64,000 nucleotides of DNA from Hyaloraphidium curvatum SAG 235-1 (lineage: Eukaryota; Fungi; Monoblepharomycota): contig JAIVFI010000020.1 of NCBI GenBank assembly GCA_025558095.1, positions 372,001-436,000 on the forward strand, given 5' to 3'. Position numbers and translations under genes: made by a program. This document shows, one piece after another, positions 1 to 9,921 of the stretch (position 1 is the first letter of the stretch; every line of letters begins with the position of its first letter). The notes beneath the pieces are model-generated. The model made no database searches, had not been told where the DNA came from, and worked only from the letters and a program-made list of their open reading frames with translations.

Positions 1-157
1 CCCTCCTGATAGATCCTTGGTGAACGATCGCGAGACTGCAAAAGGCGCCTGCTAGATCCATTTTGGACTGGACGATCATGAGACGTCGAATGAAGCAATG
101 TAGCTGTTGTAAATTTAGAGCCAAAAGAGGACACGAAAAGTAGCGTCAAAATCACTT

Positions 158-1756
158 CTACCGCTTGCTACAGTGTGGAAGCTGGCAATGAGCCTCCCTA
201 GCAATGGCCAACGTCCGTGGGTGATCCCGCCCGAACACAATCGTGCTTATGTCGATCGCGCGTTCCCAAGCCTCCACCGCCTCCTCCATCAGAGCCGCAG
301 CATCATGCCCTTCCCTTGCCGACACCAGCTCTGCCTCCATCTCGCCGAATTGCGCGAGCTGCACAAGCAGGCCGATCATGTCCGGCCACGCAGCGGGGAG
401 CACGTTGGAGGACTTCAGTCGCTCCACTGCCGACCGGAGGTAGCGCAGCGCATCGGCAAAGTTCAAGTCCGTGTGTGAGTGGGCAACGGCGAGCTTGTGC
501 AGGGTTGAGTAAATCAGGTGGTGTGCATGACTAGCACGAGCCGCGTGGCGTTCTAGAAGCTGGGTCAGAGCGGTGCGGGCAAACTGGTGGCGTCCGCCCT
601 CAAACAGCTCCACCGCTCTGTCGTAATCGTCCGAAAGGCGCTTTGCGAAAGCTCGGTAATCCGAAATCGTGACCGTCGACGGGCACGATGGGCACGACAG
701 GATCGAGTCGGGCGAAGCCCGATCAAAGTCCAGCCCGACGTCCTCCGACGGTTCGTAAATGGCCCCGCATCCGCAGCGCATCCCTTCGATATCGAGATCC
801 CGCCTCCACCACTCGCTTCCGCGCGGCGCGGAGCACCTTTCGCATTCGCACAGGAAGGACTTTGAGGCAAGCAGGTCCGCCTGCCGAGCCTCGCGCGGCT
901 GCACGAGGTTGATGTAGCTCACGCACAGCTCCTCGCCATGTTGGACGTCGCGCACCGTCCGGAAGAGCACCTCGCCGCCTGCCTCGCGTTGCGGCCCAGC
1001 GACGTACACGGTGTTGGGAGCGCACGAGTGGTTGAAAATGCAGCCCAGGGGAAACAGATTGACAATGAGAGCATTGAGCGCACCCTCCGGATCGCCCAAA
1101 GCATGAGCATTGGCGTTGATCCGGCAGGCCAGGCCGACGAGGTCCGAGGTCTCAAGGCCCTCCGTCAAGTGAGCAGGGAGGCGTTCCAGGAGAAGCTCAG
1201 AGCCCTTCGTGACCGCATTGAGCCACTCCTCGGAAGCCATGCGCTCATGCGCCACGACGTCGTCTACCAATCGAAACGGCGTCGGTACGAGACCGGTCCG
1301 AGCCTCGCTGGTCTCCTCCAAGTGTCGCGCAAACACCAGCCGGGCAACCAATCGGACCAGGTCGAGCGCCATATCGCTGTCCAGGGCAACGTCCACGAGC
1401 ACCCGACCGGCGACGAGGGGACATTCCTGGGCATGAAACCTGTCTTGCCGAGCGCATTCCTCCGAGCAGTGCCGAGCCTTGCACGCCCCGCAGACCAGCG
1501 ATTCGGCCACCGTCTCCCGCAGATCAGAGAGACACACTTGGCAGTAATCCCGAGAGAACTCGTCGCGGACAACGTAGGCCGTGGCCGCCTCCCGCAGGAC
1601 TGTGGTGCCGGCAGGCAGGTCTGCCGCGGCGAAGACCCCGCGGCCGGCCGACTTGGAGATACGGAGCTCCACGGGGAACGGTGCAAAAAGGCGCTGCCGT
1701 TCCAGAAAGCGCTCTTTGCGGCGCCTCGCCCGCGCGGCTTTGTCTAGGGAGGTCAT
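158..1756 (-). CDS. SET and MYND domain (SMYD-family) lysine methyltransferase
   Basis: Split SET domain (AGRGVFA...FNHSCAPN...ELCVSY), inserted MYND finger (CQVC...CGAC...CSEEC...HAQEC), post-SET CECERC and helical TPR-like C-terminus. Intronless; ATG at 1756. Confidence 0.88.
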   Translation of the reverse strand: MTSLDKAARARRRKERFLERQRLFAPFPVELRISKSAGRGVFAAADLPAGTTVLREAATAYVVRDEFSRDYCQVCLSDLRETVAESLVCGACKARHCSEECARQDRFHAQECPLVAGRVLVDVALDSDMALDLVRLVARLVFARHLEETSEARTGLVPTPFRLVDDVVAHERMASEEWLNAVTKGSELLLERLPAHLTEGLETSDLVGLACRINANAHALGDPEGALNALIVNLFPLGCIFNHSCAPNTVYVAGPQREAGGEVLFRTVRDVQHGEELCVSYINLVQPREARQADLLASKSFLCECERCSAPRGSEWWRRDLDIEGMRCGCGAIYEPSEDVGLDFDRASPDSILSCPSCPSTVTISDYRAFAKRLSDDYDRAVELFEGGRHQFARTALTQLLERHAARASHAHHLIYSTLHKLAVAHSHTDLNFADALRYLRSAVERLKSSNVLPAAWPDMIGLLVQLAQFGEMEAELVSAREGHDAAALMEEAVEAWERAIDISTIVFGRDHPRTLAIAREAHCQLPHCSKR

Positions 1757-1829
1757 GTTTGCTTCTTCGCGCAAGCGTCGATCGCGCCACGCGCAGACCG
1801 TTGGGACGCTTCGGGGATTCGACGAATGA

Positions 1830-3236
1830 ATGGGGTTCCTGCCACGACGCCTCATACTCTACGGGACTTTTGCATGGCTGTCGGTGCTCCTTGCCACCGG
1901 CTCGCTGCGCCTCCCCGGTGGTCGGACCGAATCCTGGGACGCACTCGGCAGCGCCCCTTTGCGACCGCCGCCGGCCCGCCTCGGCGAGCTGTCGGTCGCC
2001 CGCAACGTGTGCCTGCATGCGGACGATCCGAACCGCCCGTGGCCGAGTGCCGTCTCGGTGATGGACGGCTCGGATCCGCCGCCGGCGGTGACCGCGCTCG
2101 TCGGATTCGAGCCCCCGCCCCTCGGCGCCGGCGCCAACCGCTCGGATCCCGTTTGGTTCCCGGGAAAGACGCTTCTGCCCAACTGCGAGTGGCCCAGCAG
2201 CCCGCAGGTTGCCCACCTGATGTTTGGACTCGGTTTTGCCATGGCCATGGCCCAGCGCTGGCCGGCCTCGGCCGGACCCAAACCGGCGTTCCGCCAAATC
2301 GCATTCAGCTGGTGTCCGATGTTCAAGAGCGTGTATCCGGATAACTTTCAGGACTGGGAGTTTGGCCAACATCTGACTGAAGCCGTGGTCGCCTCTTTGG
2401 AATTGTCGGGGATGCTCAACACCCGAGGCGCCGAGGGCGGTGGAGACAGCGCGGGCTCCCCGTGGAGCAAGATCGTACAGCCAAAGAACGCATGCTACGA
2501 GGAACTGTGGATTGCCCACGGCCTGCGCGGATTGCTCCTGGATGTGCGCGACGAACCGGCCTTGCTGAACGAGCTCGGCCGACTGGTACCCGAAGCCAAA
2601 CCCCACCTGCAATTGGACTCTGCGGCCCTTGCGCGGGGACTCGCCGAGCGCTGCGCCTCGAAATCGCTCCGCCTGGGCGTTTTTCTCCGCGAGGGCAACT
2701 GGAAAGCCCGGCGCTTCGTGAACCTGAACGCCGTCCGCGACCTCGTGCAGGGCTACACTTCGCGCCCGGTATCGACCGTCTCCACCGACGGACACAACGG
2801 CACGCTGGCCCACATCGTCGCGCACTCCTCCTACGACGCCCTGGTCATGCCAACGGGCTCGCACTTCGCCGCCGCCGTCGCGGTGCCGGGCAAGCAGAAC
2901 AAGGCCTGGATCGAGGTCGCTCCCATCCTCCGGGACGGCTTCTGGAAGGATGAGGCGGAGTCGTGGGGGAGCGTGTACGTGCTGTCCACAGGCCACAGGA
3001 TGGACGACGCCGAGATCGACGCCAAGATCAAGAAGCAGTGTTCGTGGGCAAAACTGTGGCCCAACGAGCCCGAAGTGCTCCAATGCCCGCTTCCGGACGA
3101 GGAGAGGTTTGCGCTGGGCGAGGGCGGGTTGCACGTGGATCTGGAGCGGTTGGCACGCGACGTGGAGCGGGCGCTGGACCAGCTCTGCCATCCCCGGAAG
3201 AGAGCGCCCAGACGGCGGACCGGACGAAAGCGGTAG
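1830..3236 (+). CDS. Type II membrane glycosyltransferase, GT61-like
   Basis: N-terminal signal anchor (LILYGTFAWLSVLLA). C-terminal half RRFVNLNAV...DALVMPTGSHFAA...WIEVAP resembles the GT61 R.i.N / HGA.l / iEi.P pattern, but is divergent. Confidence 0.6.
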   Translation: MGFLPRRLILYGTFAWLSVLLATGSLRLPGGRTESWDALGSAPLRPPPARLGELSVARNVCLHADDPNRPWPSAVSVMDGSDPPPAVTALVGFEPPPLGAGANRSDPVWFPGKTLLPNCEWPSSPQVAHLMFGLGFAMAMAQRWPASAGPKPAFRQIAFSWCPMFKSVYPDNFQDWEFGQHLTEAVVASLELSGMLNTRGAEGGGDSAGSPWSKIVQPKNACYEELWIAHGLRGLLLDVRDEPALLNELGRLVPEAKPHLQLDSAALARGLAERCASKSLRLGVFLREGNWKARRFVNLNAVRDLVQGYTSRPVSTVSTDGHNGTLAHIVAHSSYDALVMPTGSHFAAAVAVPGKQNKAWIEVAPILRDGFWKDEAESWGSVYVLSTGHRMDDAEIDAKIKKQCSWAKLWPNEPEVLQCPLPDEERFALGEGGLHVDLERLARDVERALDQLCHPRKRAPRRRTGRKR

Positions 3237-3308
3237 CCATTCGTGTAGGGCCGGTCTCATTGATGGACCGCGTAGCCATTCGTGTAGGGCCGGTCTCATT
3301 GATGGACC
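3233..3308. repeat. Tandem duplication with 39-bp period (37 bp identical: gtagccattcgtgtagggccggtctcattgatggacc)
   Basis: Copies at 3233-3269 and 3272-3308, read directly. Confidence 0.95.
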
Positions 3309-4390
3309 AACAAGATGCGGTGCACGAGCACCTTCCGCCGCCGTCCGTCGACTTTGCCGCTCGGGAGCCGCCGCGCCAGCTCTTCGTAAAAGATGCCATC
3401 GGATTGGATCAGCATGTGCTCCGCAAAGTGTGCCTTCGTCACGAGGTCGCCAAAAGCCGCATTCCTGATGAGGCGCAACGGCGAACCGTCGGCAAGCCGC
3501 TGCTTGCGCAGCCAGTCCGTACGAATCATGGCCGCGGCCATGTCGATCTTTGTCCTCGCAAATTCGACGGGGATGTAGTGAGACGGGCCAGCGCCGGTGT
3601 CGTCCGCGCCCCCTTTGGGAATCAGGTTCTCCCCCTCTGCGAACTTGGAAACAAAGTCGAAACCAATGAGGTCCGCCGGGCCCTCTTCCCCGCCGTGCAG
3701 CCACGGCTTGAGGAGGTCGGCGAAGCCCATGCGGAACAAGTTGTCCGCCGAGCTGATCACCAGGTACTTGCAGTCCGTGTGCACCCCGCCCGTGTTGTTG
3801 CTCCCCAGAAGCGTGTCGAAAATTGCGTCCACGGCAGAGTAATCCGCCCCCATGAATTTGTAGATGCAGGTGTCCCTGTTGTGGCCCGAATTGGTGTTAC
3901 CCAACCCGAGCGTTGTGTTGCAGTACGCCGCCACGGTGGCCTGCTGTTCCGGACGCACCACCGAGAGCAGGTGCCTCTCCACGTCCGCGTATGGAACGTC
4001 GAGGGCGTGGGCGAAATCCGGGCAGCCGAGAATGGCGTTCACGTGGCGCGCGTGCGCGGCGGCGTCCCAGCGCGGACCGTTCGGTGAGCCGGTGTCTGCG
4101 GCTAGCACTTTAACCCGGACGCTCCCATGTGCCAGCGAGGAAGCGTAGGTCGAGAAGTATGGGGCGTAGCCGTGGAAGCCGCGGGCGACGACGCACACCG
4201 TGTTTGGGTCGTCGCGCTGCCACGAGGCGCACGGCGGGACCGCGTCCCTCGGCCGCAGGGACGCGGGCGAGAAGTCGGCGTGCGCCGTCATCCCCGGTTC
4301 CAGCTGCGAACGCAATCCGCCCGCGTGCGAGGCGACCAAGACCGCGGCGCCGAAGAGCGCCACGACCTGGAGAAGGCCGCGACCCCGCAT
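3296..4390 (-). CDS. Signal-anchored protein with GT-A/GT2-like glycosyltransferase features
   Basis: MRGRGLLQVVALFGAAVLVAS anchor; VCVVAR, CKYLVISSADNLF, IDMAAAMIR, SDGIF and terminal LLVHQ resemble eukaryotic GT2-like proteins. Intronless. Confidence 0.55.
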   Translation of the reverse strand: MRGRGLLQVVALFGAAVLVASHAGGLRSQLEPGMTAHADFSPASLRPRDAVPPCASWQRDDPNTVCVVARGFHGYAPYFSTYASSLAHGSVRVKVLAADTGSPNGPRWDAAAHARHVNAILGCPDFAHALDVPYADVERHLLSVVRPEQQATVAAYCNTTLGLGNTNSGHNRDTCIYKFMGADYSAVDAIFDTLLGSNNTGGVHTDCKYLVISSADNLFRMGFADLLKPWLHGGEEGPADLIGFDFVSKFAEGENLIPKGGADDTGAGPSHYIPVEFARTKIDMAAAMIRTDWLRKQRLADGSPLRLIRNAAFGDLVTKAHFAEHMLIQSDGIFYEELARRLPSGKVDGRRRKVLVHRILLVHQ

Positions 4391-4619
4391 AGTTGTGCGC
4401 CGCAGGCAGATTCGGTCCAGCGATATCCCGCCTCGAATGGCCGGGAGTCCGGGAGCGCGCGAGGGATCAAGTCGTGCGTCTGCTTGGCCTGATCCGGTCG
4501 TTCCAGACCACCCCTCGGGCCGAAATAATGCCTCGCTTCGGACTGGCCCCGTAAAATTCGGAGGAAAGTGGTAGCTTCGCTGGCGGTCGGACTCCCCTTC
4601 TTTTCCTCCTCTTTCTCGA

Positions 4620-4805
4620 GTGATCCTTCCCGGGGCTTTGGCAAGTTCGTGGGCCTCAATATGCCAGCGCGAAATCAATGACCGATGGACGCCAAGCTCC
4701 TTCACCAGGCGCAGCCGAGCTCCTCGCCAGGCGCAGCCGAACCCCGAATCGCCTTCCGCACTGCATCCACCAGCTTGCTCTTTATAGTGTAAGCTCGTCT
4801 GCCCA
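4620..4805 (-). mobile_element. Degenerate pogo/Tc-like (Brinker/CENP-B type) HTH transposase fragment
   Basis: RRAYTIKSKLVDAVR in one frame, then LVKELGVHRSLISRW in another; the frames are separated by a 22-23 bp tandem duplication at 4695-4739. Confidence 0.45.
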
Positions 4806-5017
4806 TGTGGGCCGGTGGAGGACTCAAAGTTGCTTCTTGCCGCAAAAGACGGTCGACCACAACCTTCATACGTTAGCGCGACCGGCCGCAATCATCCATC
4901 CGACGTAGCTAGCTGTATCTGCGGCACGATCACTGCTCTTTCCGTAGCCTTCGACGCGGATTTGTGTGCTGTCTTCGGGGGGCGGGTTGTTCGGTCGGGC
5001 CGATCCAATCGACCAAA

Positions 5018-7144
5018 ATGTCGCTCTTCGAGGCTGCGGCAGAGGGCGACCAGACCCGCCTGCTCTCTCTGATCGATAAGTCGAAACAGAGCGTCAAGGA
5101 GCGCGACGCCCGGGGATGGACGGTGCGTCTCCGGGAACGCGGCAACGCGTCCGCCGCCCGTCTGAACGTCGGCTCATAGCCGTGATTCTCCTCCCTGGCT
5201 GCTCGCGGAAACGGTTCCGGTGATATCGCACGATGTGGTCCCCGGCACTGGGCCTATCCCCCGCGATTCTCGCGTCTCCCCTCGTCCGTCGTCGGCAACT
5301 TCTGCCGATCCGTCTCCCGGCCACCCTCCGTCTCCCTCCTTCGGATCGCCATCGGACCCGATCACGCCCGCCTCCACAGGCGCTGCATTTTGGCGCCCGC
5401 TACGGGCACATGGAGGTGGTCAAGATCCTGCTCGACCGCGGCGCCGACCCCGCCGCGGCCAACAATGAGGGCCGCACGCCGTCGGACCTCGCCTCCTTCT
5501 GGGGCCACGCGCCCGTGGCGGAGCTGATCGCCAAGAAGGCCGGCACCAAGCCTCCGGCCAAGCCGACCATCAGCCTGGGGAAACCGGCGGGGCCGGCGGC
5601 GGGCGGGGCCAAGGCGCCGCTGATCTCGCTCAAGGGCGGCGCCAAGGAGCAGGCCAGGGGCGTCGCGACTGCTGCTTCCGCCCCCGCGGCCGCTCCTGCG
5701 CCCGCCGCGGCACCTACCATCCGTCTCGCCGCGCCCCACGTCAACTTCTTTGCCGGATCCCCCCTGAAGCGGTCAGCTCCAGCGCCGTGCTGCCTTTTGC
5801 TGTCCTCTCACAGTGCTCCGTTCCAGGCTGAGCGAGAAACGCGCGGACAAGGCCTTCATCTCCTCCGTCCTCCAGCACCCCTCCTCGCGCTACGTCCTCT
5901 TCCGCAACCTCTCCCCGCTCTTCGCCCCCACCCCCAAGGGCAAGCCCTTCGAGCTCGCCTACTACTCCCACTCGGACGTCGGCGAGTTCCTCGACGTCGA
6001 CGGCACCAAGGGGAAGCAGTGGGCTTTCCTCGGGGTCGACAGGGACGACCCCGTGGTGTTCCCCGACGGGCAGGAGCTGGGGAGGCCGTACGTCTGCATC
6101 GACGTCACCCCCGTCGAGGGCGAGCCCGAGACGCCCGCGCTCAAGAAGCTGATCGCCGGTGCGTCCTTTGCCGCGCCGGACCGCTCGTCCCCTCACCCTT
6201 GGTCCCGCAGCCGCCGAATCCCGCGGCCAGAAGTTCAACGACTTCCGCCCCGGCGCCTTCCGCCTCCCCCCCCGCGAGGCCTCGGTCGTCGGGCAGGCGC
6301 GGTCGATCCTGGACTGGAACCTCAAGAACCCGTACTGCTCCGCCTGCGGGCGCAAGACGTCGAGCCAGGATGCCGGGTTCAAGCGGATCTGCGCGCCGCC
6401 GGGACCGGGGGAGAAGCCGTGCATGGCACACAACGGCGTGCAGAAGTGGGTCATCGATTTGCCGGGGGGGAGCGCGCGCTGATCGGCGCAACGGTGCAGC
6501 TTCGTGTACCCGCGGCTGGACCCCGTGATCATCGTCGCCATGGCATCGCCGGACGGGCAGAAGCTCATGCTCGGCCGCGGCAAGTCGTGGCAGAAGGGCT
6601 TCTTCTCGTGGGTTCCCCATCCGCGCCTCGCCGCGCACGCTGACGCTCCGGGACAGCTGCATCGCAGGGTTCATGGAGGCCGGCGAGTCGATCGAGGACA
6701 CTGTGCGGCGCGAGGCCAAGGAGGAGCTCGGCGTGGAGGTGGACAGGATCGTGTACCACTCGTCGCAACCGTGGCCGATGCCGGCGCAGCTGATGATGGG
6801 CGTGGTGGCGCGGTGCAAGGAGGGGCACACCGAGTTCAAGCCCGAGGAGGACGTGGGTCTCCGCCTGCGCGCGAGAGAGTCGTATGGGGCTGACCGATCG
6901 CCCCGTTTAGGAACTCGCCGAGGCGCGCTGGTTCACGCGGGACGAGATCCACGCCGCGCTGGCGCTCTCGACCACCAACGACGCGCGCACGCAGGGCGCC
7001 CCGAAGCCCGCGGACGGGTCCAGGCCAAAGGTGGACTTTTTCCTGCCGCCGTCGTACGCGATCGCGCACCAGATCATCAAGGCGTGGGCGGACGGGAACA
7101 TCGACCTCGGGTCGGGGCCGGCGGCCGCGGCGGCCAAGTTGTAG
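5018..7144 (+). CDS. NUDT12: NADH pyrophosphatase / NAD-cap decapping Nudix hydrolase with N-terminal ankyrin repeats (NUDT12/NPY1 family), peroxisomal
   Basis: Ankyrin GWT|ALHFGARYGHMEVVKILL; zinc ribbon YCSACG; Nudix box AGFMEAGESIEDTVRREAKEELG; SQPWP motif; C-terminal AKL (PTS1). Several introns, first at 5123-5379. Confidence 0.9.
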
Positions 7145-7174
7145 GCGTTTCTCCGTGTCAAGGGTTGCGTCTCG

Positions 7175-8056
7175 CTACAGAAGGTCGACCCTGACGCCGT
7201 GCCAGTCGAACCATTTGCCCGGTTCGTCGTCCGCGAACGCCGATGAAGGCCGCAAGGGCGACCATGCCTTTCCCGCGAGCACGTCCATCGCATCGGGCGG
7301 CAGCCCCCCCGACGTCCTTGTGCCGCCCACCTCGTGCTGCGCGACCCGCTTCAGGAGCGGGTACGACAGGTTGTGCAGCAGCGCCTGCACGTACTCTGCC
7401 GCCGCCGGCCCCCTTTCGGGCGTCCGGAACGGCGCGGGCGGGGCGCGCTTGCCCTCCTCCACCGAGACGTACGTTGGTCGCAGGTGAACGGGCACCGTGT
7501 CGAGGTCCGACAAGCAGGCAAAATCCCGGCCCTCGACGTCGATCTTCAGGTAGGCCACGTCCCCGGTGCCGTGCTGGGCAAACAGCTCGGCGCAGGTGGC
7601 AGTGGGCACCCTCACAACCGTGCACGCCTCCCCGCCGGGGGCCGCGTCGTCGCTGTCCCTCCCCGGCCGCGTGCGGCAGCCGATGCTCCTGTCCAGCGAG
7701 GACCATTCGTCCGTCAGGGCGTTGATGTAGAATGCCCGGTGTCCCGCGGGCTCGTCGCGGCGGCGGACGGCGAGGTTCAGCAGCCGCAGGCGGCCCGAGG
7801 CGATGTGCGGCGCGAACGCCGGCGACGCGAGGGCGCGGCGGAACAGCGAAGGGTTGGCCTCGACGGCCACGACGCGGAAGCGCTGCGGCAGGGAGAGGTA
7901 GAACGCCGCGTCGGCGCCCGTGTTGAACCCGACGTCCCAAATCGTCGTGCGCTCCGGCGGGGGCGGAGGGCCGCATCGCGGCGCGGGGGCGAGCAGGAAC
8001 AATAGTGCCGCGAGGGATGCCGCGGCGGCCGCGAGGACGGCGCGGTCCGGGGACAT
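7175..8056 (-). CDS. FkbM-family SAM-dependent methyltransferase with N-terminal signal anchor
   Basis: IWDVGFNTG, VVAVEANP, LLNLAV and YLKIDVEG motifs; hydrophobic N-terminus; intronless. Confidence 0.85.
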   Translation of the reverse strand: MSPDRAVLAAAAASLAALLFLLAPAPRCGPPPPPERTTIWDVGFNTGADAAFYLSLPQRFRVVAVEANPSLFRRALASPAFAPHIASGRLRLLNLAVRRRDEPAGHRAFYINALTDEWSSLDRSIGCRTRPGRDSDDAAPGGEACTVVRVPTATCAELFAQHGTGDVAYLKIDVEGRDFACLSDLDTVPVHLRPTYVSVEEGKRAPPAPFRTPERGPAAAEYVQALLHNLSYPLLKRVAQHEVGGTRTSGGLPPDAMDVLAGKAWSPLRPSSAFADDEPGKWFDWHGVRVDLL

Positions 8057-8525
8057 CGCGCCCTTGACTGCCAAGCATTGACAACGTTGTTGCGGCCGGG
8101 GTCCCCTGCGGTCGGCATCCGAACCCGCTGCTCGAGGATCCCTCGGAACCGCACCTGTCGATCCTCCGGCAGAGCATCCAGGTGACGGCGGCCGCGTCCG
8201 CTGCGCTGCTTCATGGGCAGCCCACGTCATCCCGGCGTCGCACAACGCCTCCATTTGAAGGCTGCTGCGCCCCGTAAGACTCACGGTGGCAACTTCACCA
8301 CTGATCGGACTCGGGGACGGACGGCGGTTTCTTCCGTGGTGGCCATTCCAACTCAATCGACCCCTTTTACACTGTACCGTATGAACTCGACCCAATGCCG
8401 ACACTTCAAGAATCCAAACTCAAAAGAAAAGCCCAAGTCCGATTCGAAGATACTGCTGGCGGTTCCCTTGATGCGCCGCATGCATTCAGCGGCTTTCTTT
8501 GCATGGCGTAAGCTTTCGGCGGCCT

Positions 8526-9921
8526 TCACGACCACTGAATCATGCGCACGCGGCATCCGGACTCCTCCGCGATGTAGAGGCGCTTCCTCGTCGCATCGTA
8601 GGCAATGCCCCTGACGCTTTTGAACTGGGTGGCGGCCGACGGCGCCTGGCCGTCCCCGGCATCGCCAAAGGTACCGTCGCCGGCGAGCGTCGAGACGATG
8701 CCGTCTGGCGACACAAGTGTGCGCGGCGGTGGAGACGTACACGTTGCCCTGGGGATCCTTGGCCAGGCCGTAGGGTTCGTTGACGGATGCCGTGGTGGCC
8801 GTCGTGCCGTCGCCGCCGTCGACCTTGGTGCCGTTACCCAAGAACACGGCCTTAGCGCTGCCCGACGTGGGTTGAAGGATAACATAATTGACGGTGGCAA
8901 CGAGCAGGTTGGAAGCGTCGTACTCCAGCAGGGCGGTAGGATTGTTGCCAATGCTGGCGAGCAGATCAATCTGGCCTCCAGACACTTTGCGCACGCGTTG
9001 TCCTGTCGCCTGCCCAATGTAGACCGTGTTGTCGGAACCCACGGCGACTCCCCACGGCCAGCCGACCTGAGCGCTGGTCGCAGGGCCACCATCGCCGCTG
9101 GTGCCGTCGGTGCCATCCCCGGCGAACGTGGTGATTATGCCACTGGTCCTGTTGACCATGCGGACCCTGTTTTCGTAGTGGGCAATCAGGAGGTTGTCGT
9201 CCTTGTCGAAGGCGCACATGCTCGGCCAATTGAGCTGCGCAGACGTTGCAGGCCCGCCGTCTCCCGAGCTGCCCATTCCGTTGCCGCCCGCGTAGGTGGT
9301 GATGATGTTGGTCGTGACGTCGATCTTGCGAATGGTCGAGTACCCAGAGCTGACGTACACGTTGTTGGACGAGTCCAGGCAGATCGCGAAGGGGCCATGA
9401 AGCGTTGCGTCGGTCGCTAGGCCGCTATCGCCGCTGTTCGAGCAGACTCTATTTCCGGCAAAGGTCGACACGACAGCTGCCGACTCGTACCTTGCAGCCC
9501 GGCAGGCCTGTCAGCGATCCCGCGCCACAGCCAGGATCCCGGCCACCCACCGCCTGTAAAGATGCTCGTGCGAACCGTACTTGACGCAGGCGACGTGTCC
9601 TTGGGGAGTTCCTTCGGCCCACAGCTCGCTGCGGGTTCCGTCAGCGGGGCGGGTGGCGTTCCGGGCAGGAAGGGCCCACCAGTAATCATCGCTGGCGCAC
9701 TCGGCGCATGAGCGCCGGAACACCGTGCGGCCGGGTGAAGCCTTAGGAGCGTCGGCTTGCCCCGCGCGGACGGGGCTGAGGCGCGATCAGGTCAAGCAGC
9801 GGACGCGGAGTCTCGCGCGGGACGGGGACGTGTCGTACCTTGCGGCTGCGAGCGGCGCGATCACGGCGGCAAAGAGAAGCACGGCGGTGGCTGCCACGAG
9901 GCAAGTCTTGAGAGTTGCCAT
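8526..9921 (-). CDS. Secreted NHL-repeat beta-propeller protein with an apparent frameshift near 8718
   Basis: Signal peptide MATLKTCLVAATAVLLFAAVIA; repeated ITT(F/Y)AG.G...SGDGGPATSAQL..P units; two 5' introns; the last repeat continues in another frame. Confidence 0.8.

Noticed and set aside
1-157. Possible last exon of an upstream + strand gene
   Set aside because: Too short to assign a frame or product.
3233-3308. CRISPR-like direct repeat
   Set aside because: Only two adjacent copies, no spacer, no cas genes, eukaryotic context.
1524-3704. Long antisense and alternative-frame ORFs (this 726-aa ORF, also 26113-27870, 21626-23170, 37824-39137)
   Set aside because: Shadow ORFs expected in high-GC coding DNA; they overlap better-supported genes and have no motifs.
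4549-4565. CCGTAAAATTCG as a possible Tc2/pogo terminal inverted repeat
   Set aside because: No flanking TA and no matching inverted copy on the other side of the HTH relic.
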